From contig CAXXLZ010000002.1 in NCBI GenBank assembly GCA_963675595.2, positions 2,336,001-2,400,000 on the forward strand: 64,000 nucleotides of DNA, written 5' to 3'. Positions 38,791 through 48,626 of this stretch are shown here, piece by piece. This stretch comes from Thermodesulfobacteriota bacterium. GTDB lineage: Bacteria > Desulfobacterota > Desulfarculia > JACQYL01. The notes under the pieces are model-generated. The model made no database searches. It was given only the letters and a program-made list of their open reading frames with translations, and had not been told where the DNA came from. The position numbers were made by a program, and so were the translations under genes. The stretch's first letter is position 1. Each line of letters opens with the position of its first letter.

Positions 38791-40980
38791 ATGGGGACGA
38801 ATCAACCGCTCACACTTTCCCGCAGAAACTTCCTTAAAGTCGCGGGCGCCGCGGCTGCGGCCGGTACCGGGTTGATTCGGCCGAATTCAGCGAATTCGGC
38901 GACGCCCGAGGCGCCGAGTTTCGAGAGCAAATACTCGGTGTGCGACATGTGTTTCAACAAATGCAGTCTCATCGCCCGAGTGCGAAACGGGGTCGTGGAG
39001 AAGCTCGACCCCAACCCCAAATTCCACAAGTCCCGAGGGATGCTCTGCGCCCGCGGCAACGCCGGAGTCAGGCAGCTCTACGATCCGGACCGCCTGAAAT
39101 CTCCCCTTCTCCGAAAGGGAGAACGGGGCGAGGGAAAGTGGCAAAGGCTCACCTGGGACCAGGCTCTCGACCATGCCGCGGAACAGCTGCTCAAGATCGG
39201 TGAACAATACACGCGTTGCGGAGTCATGTTCATGGCCGGCGCGGACATGCAGTCCACTTTTGTCCATCGGTTCGCGGACGTCTACGGTTCGTACAATAAG
39301 CTGTCACATGAGTCCATGTGCCTGATCGCCGGAACACGGGGTTTTTTGGACACCTTCGGTGAAGTGCCCATTCCCGACATGCAGTACACGAAATACGTGG
39401 TCATGTCCGGAGCGAACCGCTTCGAAGCTTTGGTCACTCCCGACAGCATGGACCTTATGAAAGCCATGGCCGGCGGCTGCAAGCTGGTGGTGCTGGACCC
39501 CCGTTATACCAAAACGGCGGCCCTGGCCCATGAATACTTCCCCGTACGTCCCGGCACGGATATGGCCGTCATGCTGGCTTTTGCTCACGTGCTGATCACT
39601 GAGGGCCTGTACGATCGGGAATTCGTGGAACAGAAATGCTACGGCATCGAACAACTCGCCGAACACGTCAAGCAGTACTCCCCCGAATGGGCCGAGAAGG
39701 AATGCGAAATCCCGGCAGAGGCCATTCGCCGTATTGCCCGGGAAATGGCGGCCGCGGCTCCGCAAGCCATGATCTATCCCGGCCGTCGCAGCTCGAATTA
39801 CCGCAATTCCACTCAAATCCGACGGGCCTACGCCATTGTCAACGCGCTCCTGGGCAACTGGGATCGCCCCGGAGGTCTTACGGCGGCGAGGATGGTGGGG
39901 CTGAAGAGCCCCGGCTACGACGCACCGTTCTATGAATCCAATCCCTTCGAGCGCATCGACCACGGCGTGGCCAAATTGATGTTCGAGGAAGAAGGGTCTT
40001 TAAAAATCGCCCGCGACGCCGTGCTCCGAGAGGAGCCCTATCCGGTCAAGGGTTTCTTCACCTACAAGACCAACCCTATGCAAACGGCCGCCAACCGTTC
40101 CAAGACCATTGAAATGATCCGTAAACTGGATTTCATGTGCACGGTGGATATCGTCATGAGCGATACGGCGTGGATGGCGGACCTGGTGCTGCCGAGTCAG
40201 GCCGCTTTCGAACGCACGGACCCCTGTTCCGCCCAACAAGGTTCCTCGGCCTGCGCCTGTGTGGTCATGCGCGACCCGGTGGTGTCCGACCCCCTGTTTG
40301 AGTCCAAGCCGGTGTTCTGGATGATGAAGGAACTGGCCGACAGGCTGGACCTGGGCGAATATTTCGATCTTTCCATCGAAGAATACCGGAAAGAACAACT
40401 GCGGGACCTGCCCGGAGCCATGGACGCCTTGATCAACGACGGCGTTTACTATAACCCGAGCAAGCTCTACGGTGTTTACGAAGGCAGGATATTCAAAACC
40501 AAGACCCACAAGATCGAGCTGTTCAACGAAACCTATCAGCAAATGGGCTTGGACCCCCTGCCGGTGTACGAATCTCCGACCGCCCCACCGAAGAACCAAT
40601 TCCGCATGGTTGTCGGCAGAACGGCGACCATCACCCAAAGCAGCAGCCAGAACAACAGCCTGCTCCAGGAATTCGAGCCCGAAAACGATCTCTGGATTCA
40701 CCCCGACTCCGCCGCCGCCCTGGGCATTCACGACGGGGACCCTGTAACCGTTTCCGGCAAGGTCGGCGAGCAACGCATCCGTGCGCGCGTCACCCGACGC
40801 ACACGTCCGGATACGGTCTACATGCACACGGGCTACGGCGTGTTGAGCAAAGGCTTGAGCCGGTTGCAGGGTAAGGGCGCCTGCATCGCCCAAGTGCTCG
40901 AAGACGGTCTCGACGAGATCTCCGGCAACATGGCCATGCACGAGACCTTTGTGAAGATAACCAAGGAAAAGAAATCATGA
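38791..40980 (+). CDS. Molybdopterin oxidoreductase catalytic subunit, PhsA/PsrA-like (thiosulfate/polysulfide reductase family)
   Basis: Tat SRRNFLK; CDMCFNKC...LCARG Fe-S; SHESMC putative Cys ligand; DLVLP; C-terminal molydopterin-binding domain. Confidence 0.85.
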   Translation: MGTNQPLTLSRRNFLKVAGAAAAAGTGLIRPNSANSATPEAPSFESKYSVCDMCFNKCSLIARVRNGVVEKLDPNPKFHKSRGMLCARGNAGVRQLYDPDRLKSPLLRKGERGEGKWQRLTWDQALDHAAEQLLKIGEQYTRCGVMFMAGADMQSTFVHRFADVYGSYNKLSHESMCLIAGTRGFLDTFGEVPIPDMQYTKYVVMSGANRFEALVTPDSMDLMKAMAGGCKLVVLDPRYTKTAALAHEYFPVRPGTDMAVMLAFAHVLITEGLYDREFVEQKCYGIEQLAEHVKQYSPEWAEKECEIPAEAIRRIAREMAAAAPQAMIYPGRRSSNYRNSTQIRRAYAIVNALLGNWDRPGGLTAARMVGLKSPGYDAPFYESNPFERIDHGVAKLMFEEEGSLKIARDAVLREEPYPVKGFFTYKTNPMQTAANRSKTIEMIRKLDFMCTVDIVMSDTAWMADLVLPSQAAFERTDPCSAQQGSSACACVVMRDPVVSDPLFESKPVFWMMKELADRLDLGEYFDLSIEEYRKEQLRDLPGAMDALINDGVYYNPSKLYGVYEGRIFKTKTHKIELFNETYQQMGLDPLPVYESPTAPPKNQFRMVVGRTATITQSSSQNNSLLQEFEPENDLWIHPDSAAALGIHDGDPVTVSGKVGEQRIRARVTRRTRPDTVYMHTGYGVLSKGLSRLQGKGACIAQVLEDGLDEISGNMAMHETFVKITKEKKS

Positions 40981-41726
40981 AGACGCAGCTGGCAATGGTA
41001 ATCGACGCATCCAGGTGCTGGGACTGCAAAGCCTGCATGGCCGCCTGCAAAACGGCCAACAAGGTCCCCGAAGGGCAGTGGCGGAACTGGATCAAGAGCG
41101 TGGACCTGGACCTGGTGGAGCCCGGAGGAGGGCGGCTGATCTTCCAGCCGGGCAACTGCATGCACTGCAGCGAGCCTCTTTGTATCAAGGCTTGCCCCAC
41201 GGGCGCCACCTATCGAAACGAAGCCGACGGCACCGTCCTCATCAATCGGGAACTTTGCATCGGCTGCGGGCAGTGCCTGCCGGCCTGCCCTTACGGCGCA
41301 AGATTCAGACACGCGGAACTCAGGGTCGCGGACAAATGCGACTTCTGCGCCGAACGCAGGGCCGCCGGCCTGGAGCCCGCCTGCGTAGCCACCTGCCCAA
41401 CCAAGGCGCGTGCCTTTGGAAATCTTGCAGATCCGGAGAGCGAAGTCGCCCGCCTGCTCAAACGGAATGAGTCCGTGCAACTGGTTCAGGCCAAAAGCCC
41501 GACCGACCCCAACATTCGTTATCTCGGAAATCCCGGACGGACCGATTGGCCCGTGGAGGCGCAAATGCCCTCGGCATTCGGGTTCTGGAAGAACGTGGCG
41601 GGCCCGGTGGTCAAGATCTTCGTCGGATTTTCCGCTTTGGGCTTCGGCGCCATGCTGGCCAAGCAACTTTTCCTCCCCGATCATCCCGAGGAAGACCGCC
41701 AACCTGAGGAGAAACGCCATGAATAA
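40977..41726 (+). CDS. 4Fe-4S electron-transfer subunit (PhsB/PsrB-like) with C-terminal anchor
   Basis: CWDCKACMAAC, CMHC..P.C...CP, CIGCGQC...CP, KCDFC. Confidence 0.9.
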   Translation: MKTQLAMVIDASRCWDCKACMAACKTANKVPEGQWRNWIKSVDLDLVEPGGGRLIFQPGNCMHCSEPLCIKACPTGATYRNEADGTVLINRELCIGCGQCLPACPYGARFRHAELRVADKCDFCAERRAAGLEPACVATCPTKARAFGNLADPESEVARLLKRNESVQLVQAKSPTDPNIRYLGNPGRTDWPVEAQMPSAFGFWKNVAGPVVKIFVGFSALGFGAMLAKQLFLPDHPEEDRQPEEKRHE

Positions 41727-42453
41727 CCGAATGATCCGACGTCACGGACCGGGGGGCATTTTCATCCACTGGTTCAACGCGGTTTGCTGGTTTTTCCTCC
41801 TGGCCACCGGTCTGGGTCTCATCAAGAACCCGGACCTTCAGCCCTTGGGCCCATGGTGGCCCAACTTCATGAACTCTTTGTTCGGCGGCGGGGAAACTCT
41901 TTTGGCCGTCCATTGGGGCACCGGCGCGGTCTGGGCTGGCATCTGGCTGATCTTCATCCTGGCGGGTCTGCTTCGATACACGGCCCCGTTTCTACGACAA
42001 ATCTTCTCCTACCACCTTTCCAGGGACCTGGAGTGGATGATCAAGAAGCCCTTTCAAATGATCCTGGGAACCAAAGCCATGGCCGCCCTGGTTCGCCCTT
42101 TGGGTTGGGATGGAAACATGCCCGAACAGGGATTCTACAACGTCGGGCAGAAAGCGGCCGCGGTCGCCATGGCGGCCGGAGGCCTTGTCCTTGTGATCAC
42201 AGGCGTCATCATGACCCTATCCAAGTACTTCCTTTCCCCGAATCAGGTCCCCATGGTTCAGTGGAGCATCACCATCCACTTCATCGCGGCCGGCCTCACT
42301 TTCGGAGTGCTTCTGATCCACATCTATATGGCGGCGGTAAGCCGTGAGGAAAGGCCTGCGTTCATTTCCATGTTTACCGGGACGGTTCCGGAAGATTACG
42401 CGGCCCACCACCACGGTCTTTGGTACGAAGAAGTCAAAAACAGCGGTAAGTAA
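41719..42453 (+). CDS. Cytochrome b membrane anchor (PhsC/FdnI-like)
   Basis: HWFNA, QGFYNVGQK, IHF...IHIYMA, SMFTG.V. Confidence 0.85.
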   Translation: MNNRMIRRHGPGGIFIHWFNAVCWFFLLATGLGLIKNPDLQPLGPWWPNFMNSLFGGGETLLAVHWGTGAVWAGIWLIFILAGLLRYTAPFLRQIFSYHLSRDLEWMIKKPFQMILGTKAMAALVRPLGWDGNMPEQGFYNVGQKAAAVAMAAGGLVLVITGVIMTLSKYFLSPNQVPMVQWSITIHFIAAGLTFGVLLIHIYMAAVSREERPAFISMFTGTVPEDYAAHHHGLWYEEVKNSGK

Positions 42454-42488
42454 TAAAACCAAGGCTCAAAACAAGGAGGATGCATTCC

Positions 42489-43319
42489 ATGAAGCAGATC
42501 AAACTCTTGGCCGTTTTCATGCTCATAACGGTATTCCTGCTCCCCGTCACGGCCCTTCAGGCCGCGGAGGAAAAGAGCAGGGAACCGGCCTACAAGCCGT
42601 TCCACACCATTGTGGAAGCCGATTTCGTCAAGGAAATCGTGGACCAGAAAATCCCCGGTATCCTCATCGATGCACGGCCCAAACTCAAGAAATACGATGA
42701 GGGTCACATTCCCGGCGCGCTCAGCGTACCCACCACGCGATTTGAAACCATGAAGGGCTATCTGCCGACGGACAAGAACGCCCTGATCGTCTACTACTGT
42801 GAGGGGGTGAAATGCGCTCTGAGCCACAAGAGCGCCTACAAGGCCGAAGAGCTGGGCTACACCAACGTGAAGGTCTACGCCAAGGGATACCCCGAGTGGA
42901 AGGCCCTGTACGGTGAAGGCGCTCAAGGCCTCGCAGCCGCTCCCAAAGCGGCCGTTGATCCCGGCAAAAAGAAGTTCAAAGCCGGCAAGGCCGAAGGCAC
43001 CATGGATCAGGCCGTATTCGAGGAACTCCTCAAGAATGATCCCGACGCCGTGCTGCTGGTGGATGTGCGCGATCCTCACGAATTCAAGAAAGGCGCCTTC
43101 AAAAACAGCGTAAACATTCCCGTGGACGAGCTGGAGAAGCGCCTCGCCACCTGGAAGCCGGAAAAGCCCGTGGTCTATGTGTGCGGAACCGGAGCCCGCA
43201 GCGGTGAAGCCTATTACATGACATTGGACAAGCGCCCGGACATGATCGAAGTCTACTACGTGGACGGAGAGATCGTATGGGATCAGGACGGCGGACACAA
43301 GATGACGCCGCCCAAATAA
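42489..43319 (+). CDS. Periplasmic tandem rhodanese (sulfurtransferase)
   Basis: Signal peptide; IDAR...GHIPGA...YCEGVKC; second domain VCGTGARS. Confidence 0.88.
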   Translation: MKQIKLLAVFMLITVFLLPVTALQAAEEKSREPAYKPFHTIVEADFVKEIVDQKIPGILIDARPKLKKYDEGHIPGALSVPTTRFETMKGYLPTDKNALIVYYCEGVKCALSHKSAYKAEELGYTNVKVYAKGYPEWKALYGEGAQGLAAAPKAAVDPGKKKFKAGKAEGTMDQAVFEELLKNDPDAVLLVDVRDPHEFKKGAFKNSVNIPVDELEKRLATWKPEKPVVYVCGTGARSGEAYYMTLDKRPDMIEVYYVDGEIVWDQDGGHKMTPPK

Positions 43320-43420
43320 GCATCGAGTCTCTCCGAACCTCCAACGAGAGCATTCCCATCCTTTGCGGGGTTTCCCTTCACGGGGAGGCCCCGCCTACCT
43401 GCAGATACACCGGTGCGCGT

Positions 43421-44464
43421 ATGAGGTCGGCAATTCCCGGAGTGGGTCGGTTCATGATCGGTTGGCTTCTGCTGACGGCGCTGCTTTTTCCGGCCGTCCG
43501 CTTAAGTGCCTCCGACCTTCCCCCGTCGGGCTCCGGGGACCTTCCGGTATGGGGGTCCCAGGTACTGGCCAAAGCAGCGGAATGCGGATACGGACTCATC
43601 ACGCCGCCCGAACTCGAATCACTCATTCATTCGGGCAAAGATTTCGTTCTACTGGACGTCCGACCACCTTATGAGTTCAGCCAGGGCCACCTGCCCGGGG
43701 CCGTCAACCTCGAATTTCACTTGGGCCATTTACACGAGCTCGATCCGGGTCGAAAAGAAGCGTTCGAAAAAATTCTCGGGCCCGACCCCCAACGCAACGT
43801 GGTGATTTACTGCCGAAGTTTCAGGTGACTGCGAAGCGAAGTGGCGGCTCGGTGGGCCGTGAAGCTCGGGTATGAAAACGTCTCCCAGTTCCCCTGGGGC
43901 TACCAGGGCTGGGTGGAAGCGCATTCCGGCAGAACGGGACCCGCTCCGGACACCCTGGGGCTCCGACCCGGCAACTACTTCCCCGCGTGCGGATTGACCG
44001 TTCTCGATGGGAAAAAAGATCGACCCTACCTGGGACTCGAAGCAAACGTGAAGTCCTTCGGCCTCAACGAAATCGGGAGCCCTTTCCTCCTGGTGGCCCT
44101 CTACAACGAACTCTGTTCCACCTGCCTCTCTCAGTTCCCCGTTTATGATTGCTTGTTCCAAGCCATCTCCAATGACCGGGAACTGAAGCCCCGCATCCGA
44201 TTCATCGGTTTGGGCGTGGAAAGCCTGAAACGGGAGGTGGCTAAATTCCGAAAGATGAAGGGGGTGGCCTTTCCCTTGTTCGCGGACGAACGCAGGGAGG
44301 TTTTCAACAGTGTGGGCCGGCCCTCCCTTCCCGTACTCTATCTGCTCAAAAAGGAGAGCTTCGGTCATCGCATACTCATGATCCACAAAGGCCCGGTGGA
44401 CGCCCCGGACCGATTTCTTTCCGCCGTCCGAGACTCGCTGCGTAAAGAAAGCTCGGGGCATTAA
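43421..44464 (+). CDS. Probable selenoprotein: rhodanese (Sec at TGA 43826-43828) fused to a thioredoxin-like AhpC/TlpA domain
   Basis: ORFs ending 43828 and starting 43841 share a frame; the rhodanese fold continues across TGA (YCRSFR-U-LRSEVAARWAVKLGYENV); C-domain has CSTC. Confidence 0.8.
43829..43860 (+). promoter_or_regulatory. Candidate bacterial SECIS element
   Basis: GCGGCTC-GGT-GGGCCGT hairpin with a G-containing apical loop 22 nt after the in-frame TGA. Confidence 0.65.
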
Positions 44465-44489
44465 GGATGCTCCCATCCCTCGGAACCGT

Positions 44490-45113
44490 CTATTTGCCCA
44501 ACATCCGGGAACAAGTCTCCAGCAGACCCACGAGCATCTGGGCGGCCTCACCGTAAAAGGGCTCGGATTTCCCGCAAAGCAGGTCCCGCAAGCGGCCCGT
44601 CCAAGGCAGCAATTCGTCGGTGAGAAAAACACGGGCCTCGGCAAGAGCCGTAGGGTCCTCTCCGGTGAGGCCTTGCTCCAACAGAACGCCCAGGTATTCC
44701 AGCTCAAATGACAAATGGTCCGGAGGCGTTCCTTCCCGCCCGGCAAGTTCCAGTCCCCGCGCCCGAAAACGCTCCCGCATGCGCAAAGCCGCGGCGCCCA
44801 TGAGACGCCGATCCTCCTCGTAACAGGACTCGTACAGGTCCACGGCCGCGCCCCCCAGGTCGTTGACGAACAACCGGACGTAGACTTGCTCCAGAGCGTT
44901 TTCCAGCGCTTGAGCGTCGGGGAAGCCGTCGAGATAACGGATCAGGTCCCGCGCCGCGTCCGCGGAAGCCTCAGGCAGCAAAGACCGGACTTCCGCGATC
45001 TTGTCCCGAAAATGGTAGACCGACGGCCTTCCTCCGGTTTGGAGCGAGGGTCCCCAGAAGATCAACGCCGTCAGCGCGATGCCGTCCAGCAGCCGCTCCC
45101 ACTCTGATTGCAT
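44490..45113 (-). CDS. TorD/DmsD family molybdoenzyme chaperone
   Basis: YVRLF, LYESCY, PPDHLSFELEYL. Confidence 0.88.
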   Translation of the reverse strand: MQSEWERLLDGIALTALIFWGPSLQTGGRPSVYHFRDKIAEVRSLLPEASADAARDLIRYLDGFPDAQALENALEQVYVRLFVNDLGGAAVDLYESCYEEDRRLMGAAALRMRERFRARGLELAGREGTPPDHLSFELEYLGVLLEQGLTGEDPTALAEARVFLTDELLPWTGRLRDLLCGKSEPFYGEAAQMLVGLLETCSRMLGK

Positions 45114-45345
45114 GATCCCTCCACGATTCAAATCGATTGGAATGGATCACTATATCCGTCGGGGAATCATTGTGTAAACGGGGAAAGGAGCCGCCGTCGT
45201 CATTCGCTGATGGGAGAATCGCCAGGGAAGCGTCTCCAAAAGGAACGTGGGGGGTTTTCCTCTGAAAACACCCCCACGAAATAACAGCCGACCTTGAATT
45301 TCGTTTCCGGTCGTAATCCACCGGGGAATCAACCCCGGGAAGGAA

Positions 45346-47460
45346 TCATTTGGAAGCCGCAACCTCACCTAACGGAAGCCGTTTGAAGCGGCCGCCCACC
45401 ACGATGGGATCGCCTTTGTAGCCCAGTTTTTCGAAGTCGATGTAATCGGTGGAGTTCACCAGGTCGAGCACGTCCCTGCCTTTGTAGTAGAGCTGTTTGA
45501 AATCCACTCCGGCGGAAGCCAGGGCCTTGAAGTCCACGTCCCGGTTGTCCTGGTGACAACGGTTGCACGTTTTCTCCCCGGTCAGGCTCTTGTGGCATTG
45601 CACGCAGGAAAGAGCACGTTCCTTGGGAACGATCTCGTGGTTCAGGCCCCAATACATCTTGGTTTCCACCCACTCGAATTCACCGCTGTAAGGCAGGCCC
45701 GCCGCCTCCATGCCGTCCTTCAGGGACTTCTGCCAATCCAACGTCTTCCAGTAGCCTCCGGGGCCGAAAAGATGCGGAGCCAGCAGGATCCGGTTTTTCG
45801 CATCGGCCGGCTGCTTTCCGGCCATGATCTTGAACGGGTAGATTTTCGATTTGGGATCGCGGATGTCGCCCACGGGTTCCGTGATGTTCACCACGCCCGA
45901 GTCGGGAATCCGGTCGCCCAGCAGTTGACGTTTCACCTTGCCGTTATACCAAGTGTACACGGGCTTCACGCTTTCCTTCCAGAGGAACTCCCCTTTCTTC
46001 CAGAAATAGTCGGGCATGCCGTATTTGTCTTTGTTCACTACCCGCTTCTTGTCGCCGGCCTTGGACCAATCCCACCAGGTCTTGGTCGGCTTGCATTTGG
46101 CATAGATGGGACTGTGACACGTGACGCAGGCCAATGTTTCCGCGTGGCGATTCAGGTGGTGGGAAAGCAGATTCCCGCTCACGTGCGCCGGAGCGGAGTG
46201 ACAATCCTCGCAGGACCGGCTTCCCTCGGCCACGGGAAGGGAGAGGCTTCTCCCGGATATCTTGTGATTCCGGGTCTTGTGGCAATCCCGGCACTGGAAG
46301 TCCAGACCGCCCATGTGAACGTCGCAATTCCTGGAAGGATAATAGAGTACTCCGTTCATATCGCCGTGCTTGACGGCGTCCCCGCCTCCTCCCTGGAAGT
46401 GGCAGTCGCCGCAGTTCTTCCTGGTGGGTTTGCCCACGCTTTTGGCGACCTTGACCAGGTCCACCTGAGGATACGGCATTCCGGCGTTGGGAGGCGATTT
46501 CCGATAGGTGAGGGTCCCATCGTGACACACCAGGCAGTCCATACGGGTCTTGTCGGAAAAGTCGAAGTTCGCGTCCTTCCAACCGTAACCCGCGTGGCAA
46601 CTGGTGCATCGAGGCCAATTGCTCGGCAAAGCGATGCAGAAGTTGTTGATGGTGTTGGTGGCTTTTCCCGATTGGACCTGTTTTTCATGCCCCACGGTAT
46701 ACGGGGAAGGGCCTTTCCACAACCAGTGGGCCGCGGTGAGCATGTCTTCCGCCTGCGCGTCGTGACACCTCAAACACTCCCGGGTGACCTGAGTCGGTTC
46801 CGGATTGTCCGGCAGTTGAACCAGCTTGGAATGATCGGGGACCTGTTTCCCATGGCAATCCGTGCATCCCACGGGACCTTGTCCCATCTCTTTGTGGCAC
46901 CCCATACATTGCCTGTGATAGGCCGCCTTCAATCCCACTCGACCCGGCACCTCGGGCTTGAAGGATTCCTGATGACAGGCGGCGCAACGCTCGGTTTCCG
47001 ACGCGGCCGGGTCATCCGGACGGTAGTGGTGGCACTTGAGACAATCCCCCACCTTGGCCGCATGCTTCTTGTGCATAAAGCGAACCGGCTCGTAGTCGTT
47101 TTCCTCTTTCTGAAGGATGGGACTGTTCAAATACAGATATCCATGTTTCAGCTCGTTCATGGTGGGAGCCTGATCGCCCAAACGTTGCTTCCGCTCCCAG
47201 GATGATTCCTCCTTTACGTCTTTCACGAAGGCCACCGGTTCGGCGGCACGCTGCTCGGCCTCCAACTGATCCACGGGGTGGAAAGGAGTGCCGTCGGGCA
47301 TCGTGGGTTCCGGAGGAGGAGGAAGTTCCATGGCGGGAGCGGCCTTGGCCGCCGCCTTCTCCTCTGCGGTGGTGCCGACCCCCTGAAACAGAAAGGCCAA
47401 GCCCACCAGGATCACCAGGATCGAACCGGCCAAAAGCCGGGATTTCTTTTTCATGCTCAT
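45346..47460 (-). CDS. 13-heme cytochrome c: class III (c3-like) tetraheme domain fused to octaheme tetrathionate reductase (OTR) domain
   Basis: 13 CxxCH counted; OTR hallmarks HWLW, GK..NNFC, CTSCHAGYGW, GGGGDAVKHGD. Confidence 0.85.
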   Translation of the reverse strand: MSMKKKSRLLAGSILVILVGLAFLFQGVGTTAEEKAAAKAAPAMELPPPPEPTMPDGTPFHPVDQLEAEQRAAEPVAFVKDVKEESSWERKQRLGDQAPTMNELKHGYLYLNSPILQKEENDYEPVRFMHKKHAAKVGDCLKCHHYRPDDPAASETERCAACHQESFKPEVPGRVGLKAAYHRQCMGCHKEMGQGPVGCTDCHGKQVPDHSKLVQLPDNPEPTQVTRECLRCHDAQAEDMLTAAHWLWKGPSPYTVGHEKQVQSGKATNTINNFCIALPSNWPRCTSCHAGYGWKDANFDFSDKTRMDCLVCHDGTLTYRKSPPNAGMPYPQVDLVKVAKSVGKPTRKNCGDCHFQGGGGDAVKHGDMNGVLYYPSRNCDVHMGGLDFQCRDCHKTRNHKISGRSLSLPVAEGSRSCEDCHSAPAHVSGNLLSHHLNRHAETLACVTCHSPIYAKCKPTKTWWDWSKAGDKKRVVNKDKYGMPDYFWKKGEFLWKESVKPVYTWYNGKVKRQLLGDRIPDSGVVNITEPVGDIRDPKSKIYPFKIMAGKQPADAKNRILLAPHLFGPGGYWKTLDWQKSLKDGMEAAGLPYSGEFEWVETKMYWGLNHEIVPKERALSCVQCHKSLTGEKTCNRCHQDNRDVDFKALASAGVDFKQLYYKGRDVLDLVNSTDYIDFEKLGYKGDPIVVGGRFKRLPLGEVAASK

Positions 47461-48626
47461 GCGTGTCCCTCCTCTTTACGCGCGCTGAGGACCGGCAAGT
47501 AGGTCACACATAGTCGGTAAAAGAAGATGATCGAGGACGTCAGCCCCAGAGTGATCGCGATTTCCCCCACGTGAGGATAATAAGGCCGCACCGAGTACGC
47601 GGGCTGAAATCCCACGATGAAGACGTTCATTCGATTCAGAGCCACACCGAGCACGATCAAGGTGCAGGCCACGAAAAGCCATTTTCTGGAACGCCTGACC
47701 CCCGGCATAAGCAGCATAATCCAGGGCAAGGCCACGCCTCCCAGCAATTCCACCAGAAAAGAATGACTCTGTGCCGACCCTTCCAGCAGATAAACGTACG
47801 CTTTTCTGACCACGAGATCGCCGATCTTCAGGGCCAGGTAGATGCCCAACAGGGCAATGGTGATGCGCGTCAGAGGCCTGAGGATCTCCATCTCGTCTTC
47901 AAGGCCGAAGGACCCGGTGGCCAAAGTGGTTTCAAACACCACCATGGGATACCCCACCGCGATGGCCGAGGTAAGAAACAGCAGCGGCAGTATGGGTGTA
48001 TACCAGAGGGGATGGACCTTGGTGGGCGCGATCAGCAGGAGCGAGCCGAGTCCGGACTGGTGCATGCAGGAGAGGACCACGCCCAAGATGATGAGGGCAG
48101 GCATGATCTTTTCCAGAAAATGACCGATCTTGTGCAAAATAGGGAGGACCTTCCCTACGCGTTCGGAAATCACCGGCAGGAACTCGAGGTGAAGCACCGT
48201 GGTGTACACCATGACGCACATGGCTACCTCGAAGAGCACCGAATTGGGCTGCCAGTAGAATATGGGATGCCAGACCGCCCAGTACCGACCGATGTCGAAA
48301 AACAACCCCACGGCCACGAAGGTGTACCCCAGCATGGCGGTGAGCAGCGCCGGACGAGTCACCCCCTCGTACCGACGGCGCCCGAGTATCTGTACCAGCG
48401 CCGCGGTGGTGAATCCGCCGGCCGCCAGAGCCACACCGGTAGCCACATCGAAACCGATCCAAAGACCCCACGGATAGTAGTTGTCCAGGTTGGTTACGGC
48501 TCCCAAGCCGCCCACTAAACGGGCGATAATGAAAAGGAGGCCCAACAACATGAACGCGAACAGCAACTGTGTGCCCGGAGTCCAGAAACGAGCCTCCAGG
48601 GGACGTGGTGAACCATGGGCATCCAT
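47457..48626 (-). CDS. NrfD/HybB/HmcC-type integral membrane quinol-interacting subunit
   Basis: YPWGLWIGFD, DIGRYW, SVLFEVAMC, MHQSGLGSL, HPLWY. Confidence 0.88.
   Translation of the reverse strand: MDAHGSPRPLEARFWTPGTQLLFAFMLLGLLFIIARLVGGLGAVTNLDNYYPWGLWIGFDVATGVALAAGGFTTAALVQILGRRRYEGVTRPALLTAMLGYTFVAVGLFFDIGRYWAVWHPIFYWQPNSVLFEVAMCVMVYTTVLHLEFLPVISERVGKVLPILHKIGHFLEKIMPALIILGVVLSCMHQSGLGSLLLIAPTKVHPLWYTPILPLLFLTSAIAVGYPMVVFETTLATGSFGLEDEMEILRPLTRITIALLGIYLALKIGDLVVRKAYVYLLEGSAQSHSFLVELLGGVALPWIMLLMPGVRRSRKWLFVACTLIVLGVALNRMNVFIVGFQPAYSVRPYYPHVGEIAITLGLTSSIIFFYRLCVTYLPVLSARKEEGHA

Noticed and set aside
43826-43828. Nonsense mutation / pseudogene
   Set aside because: TGA sits at a Cys-equivalent position with a SECIS-like hairpin and an intact downstream frame; Sec is preferred though unproven.
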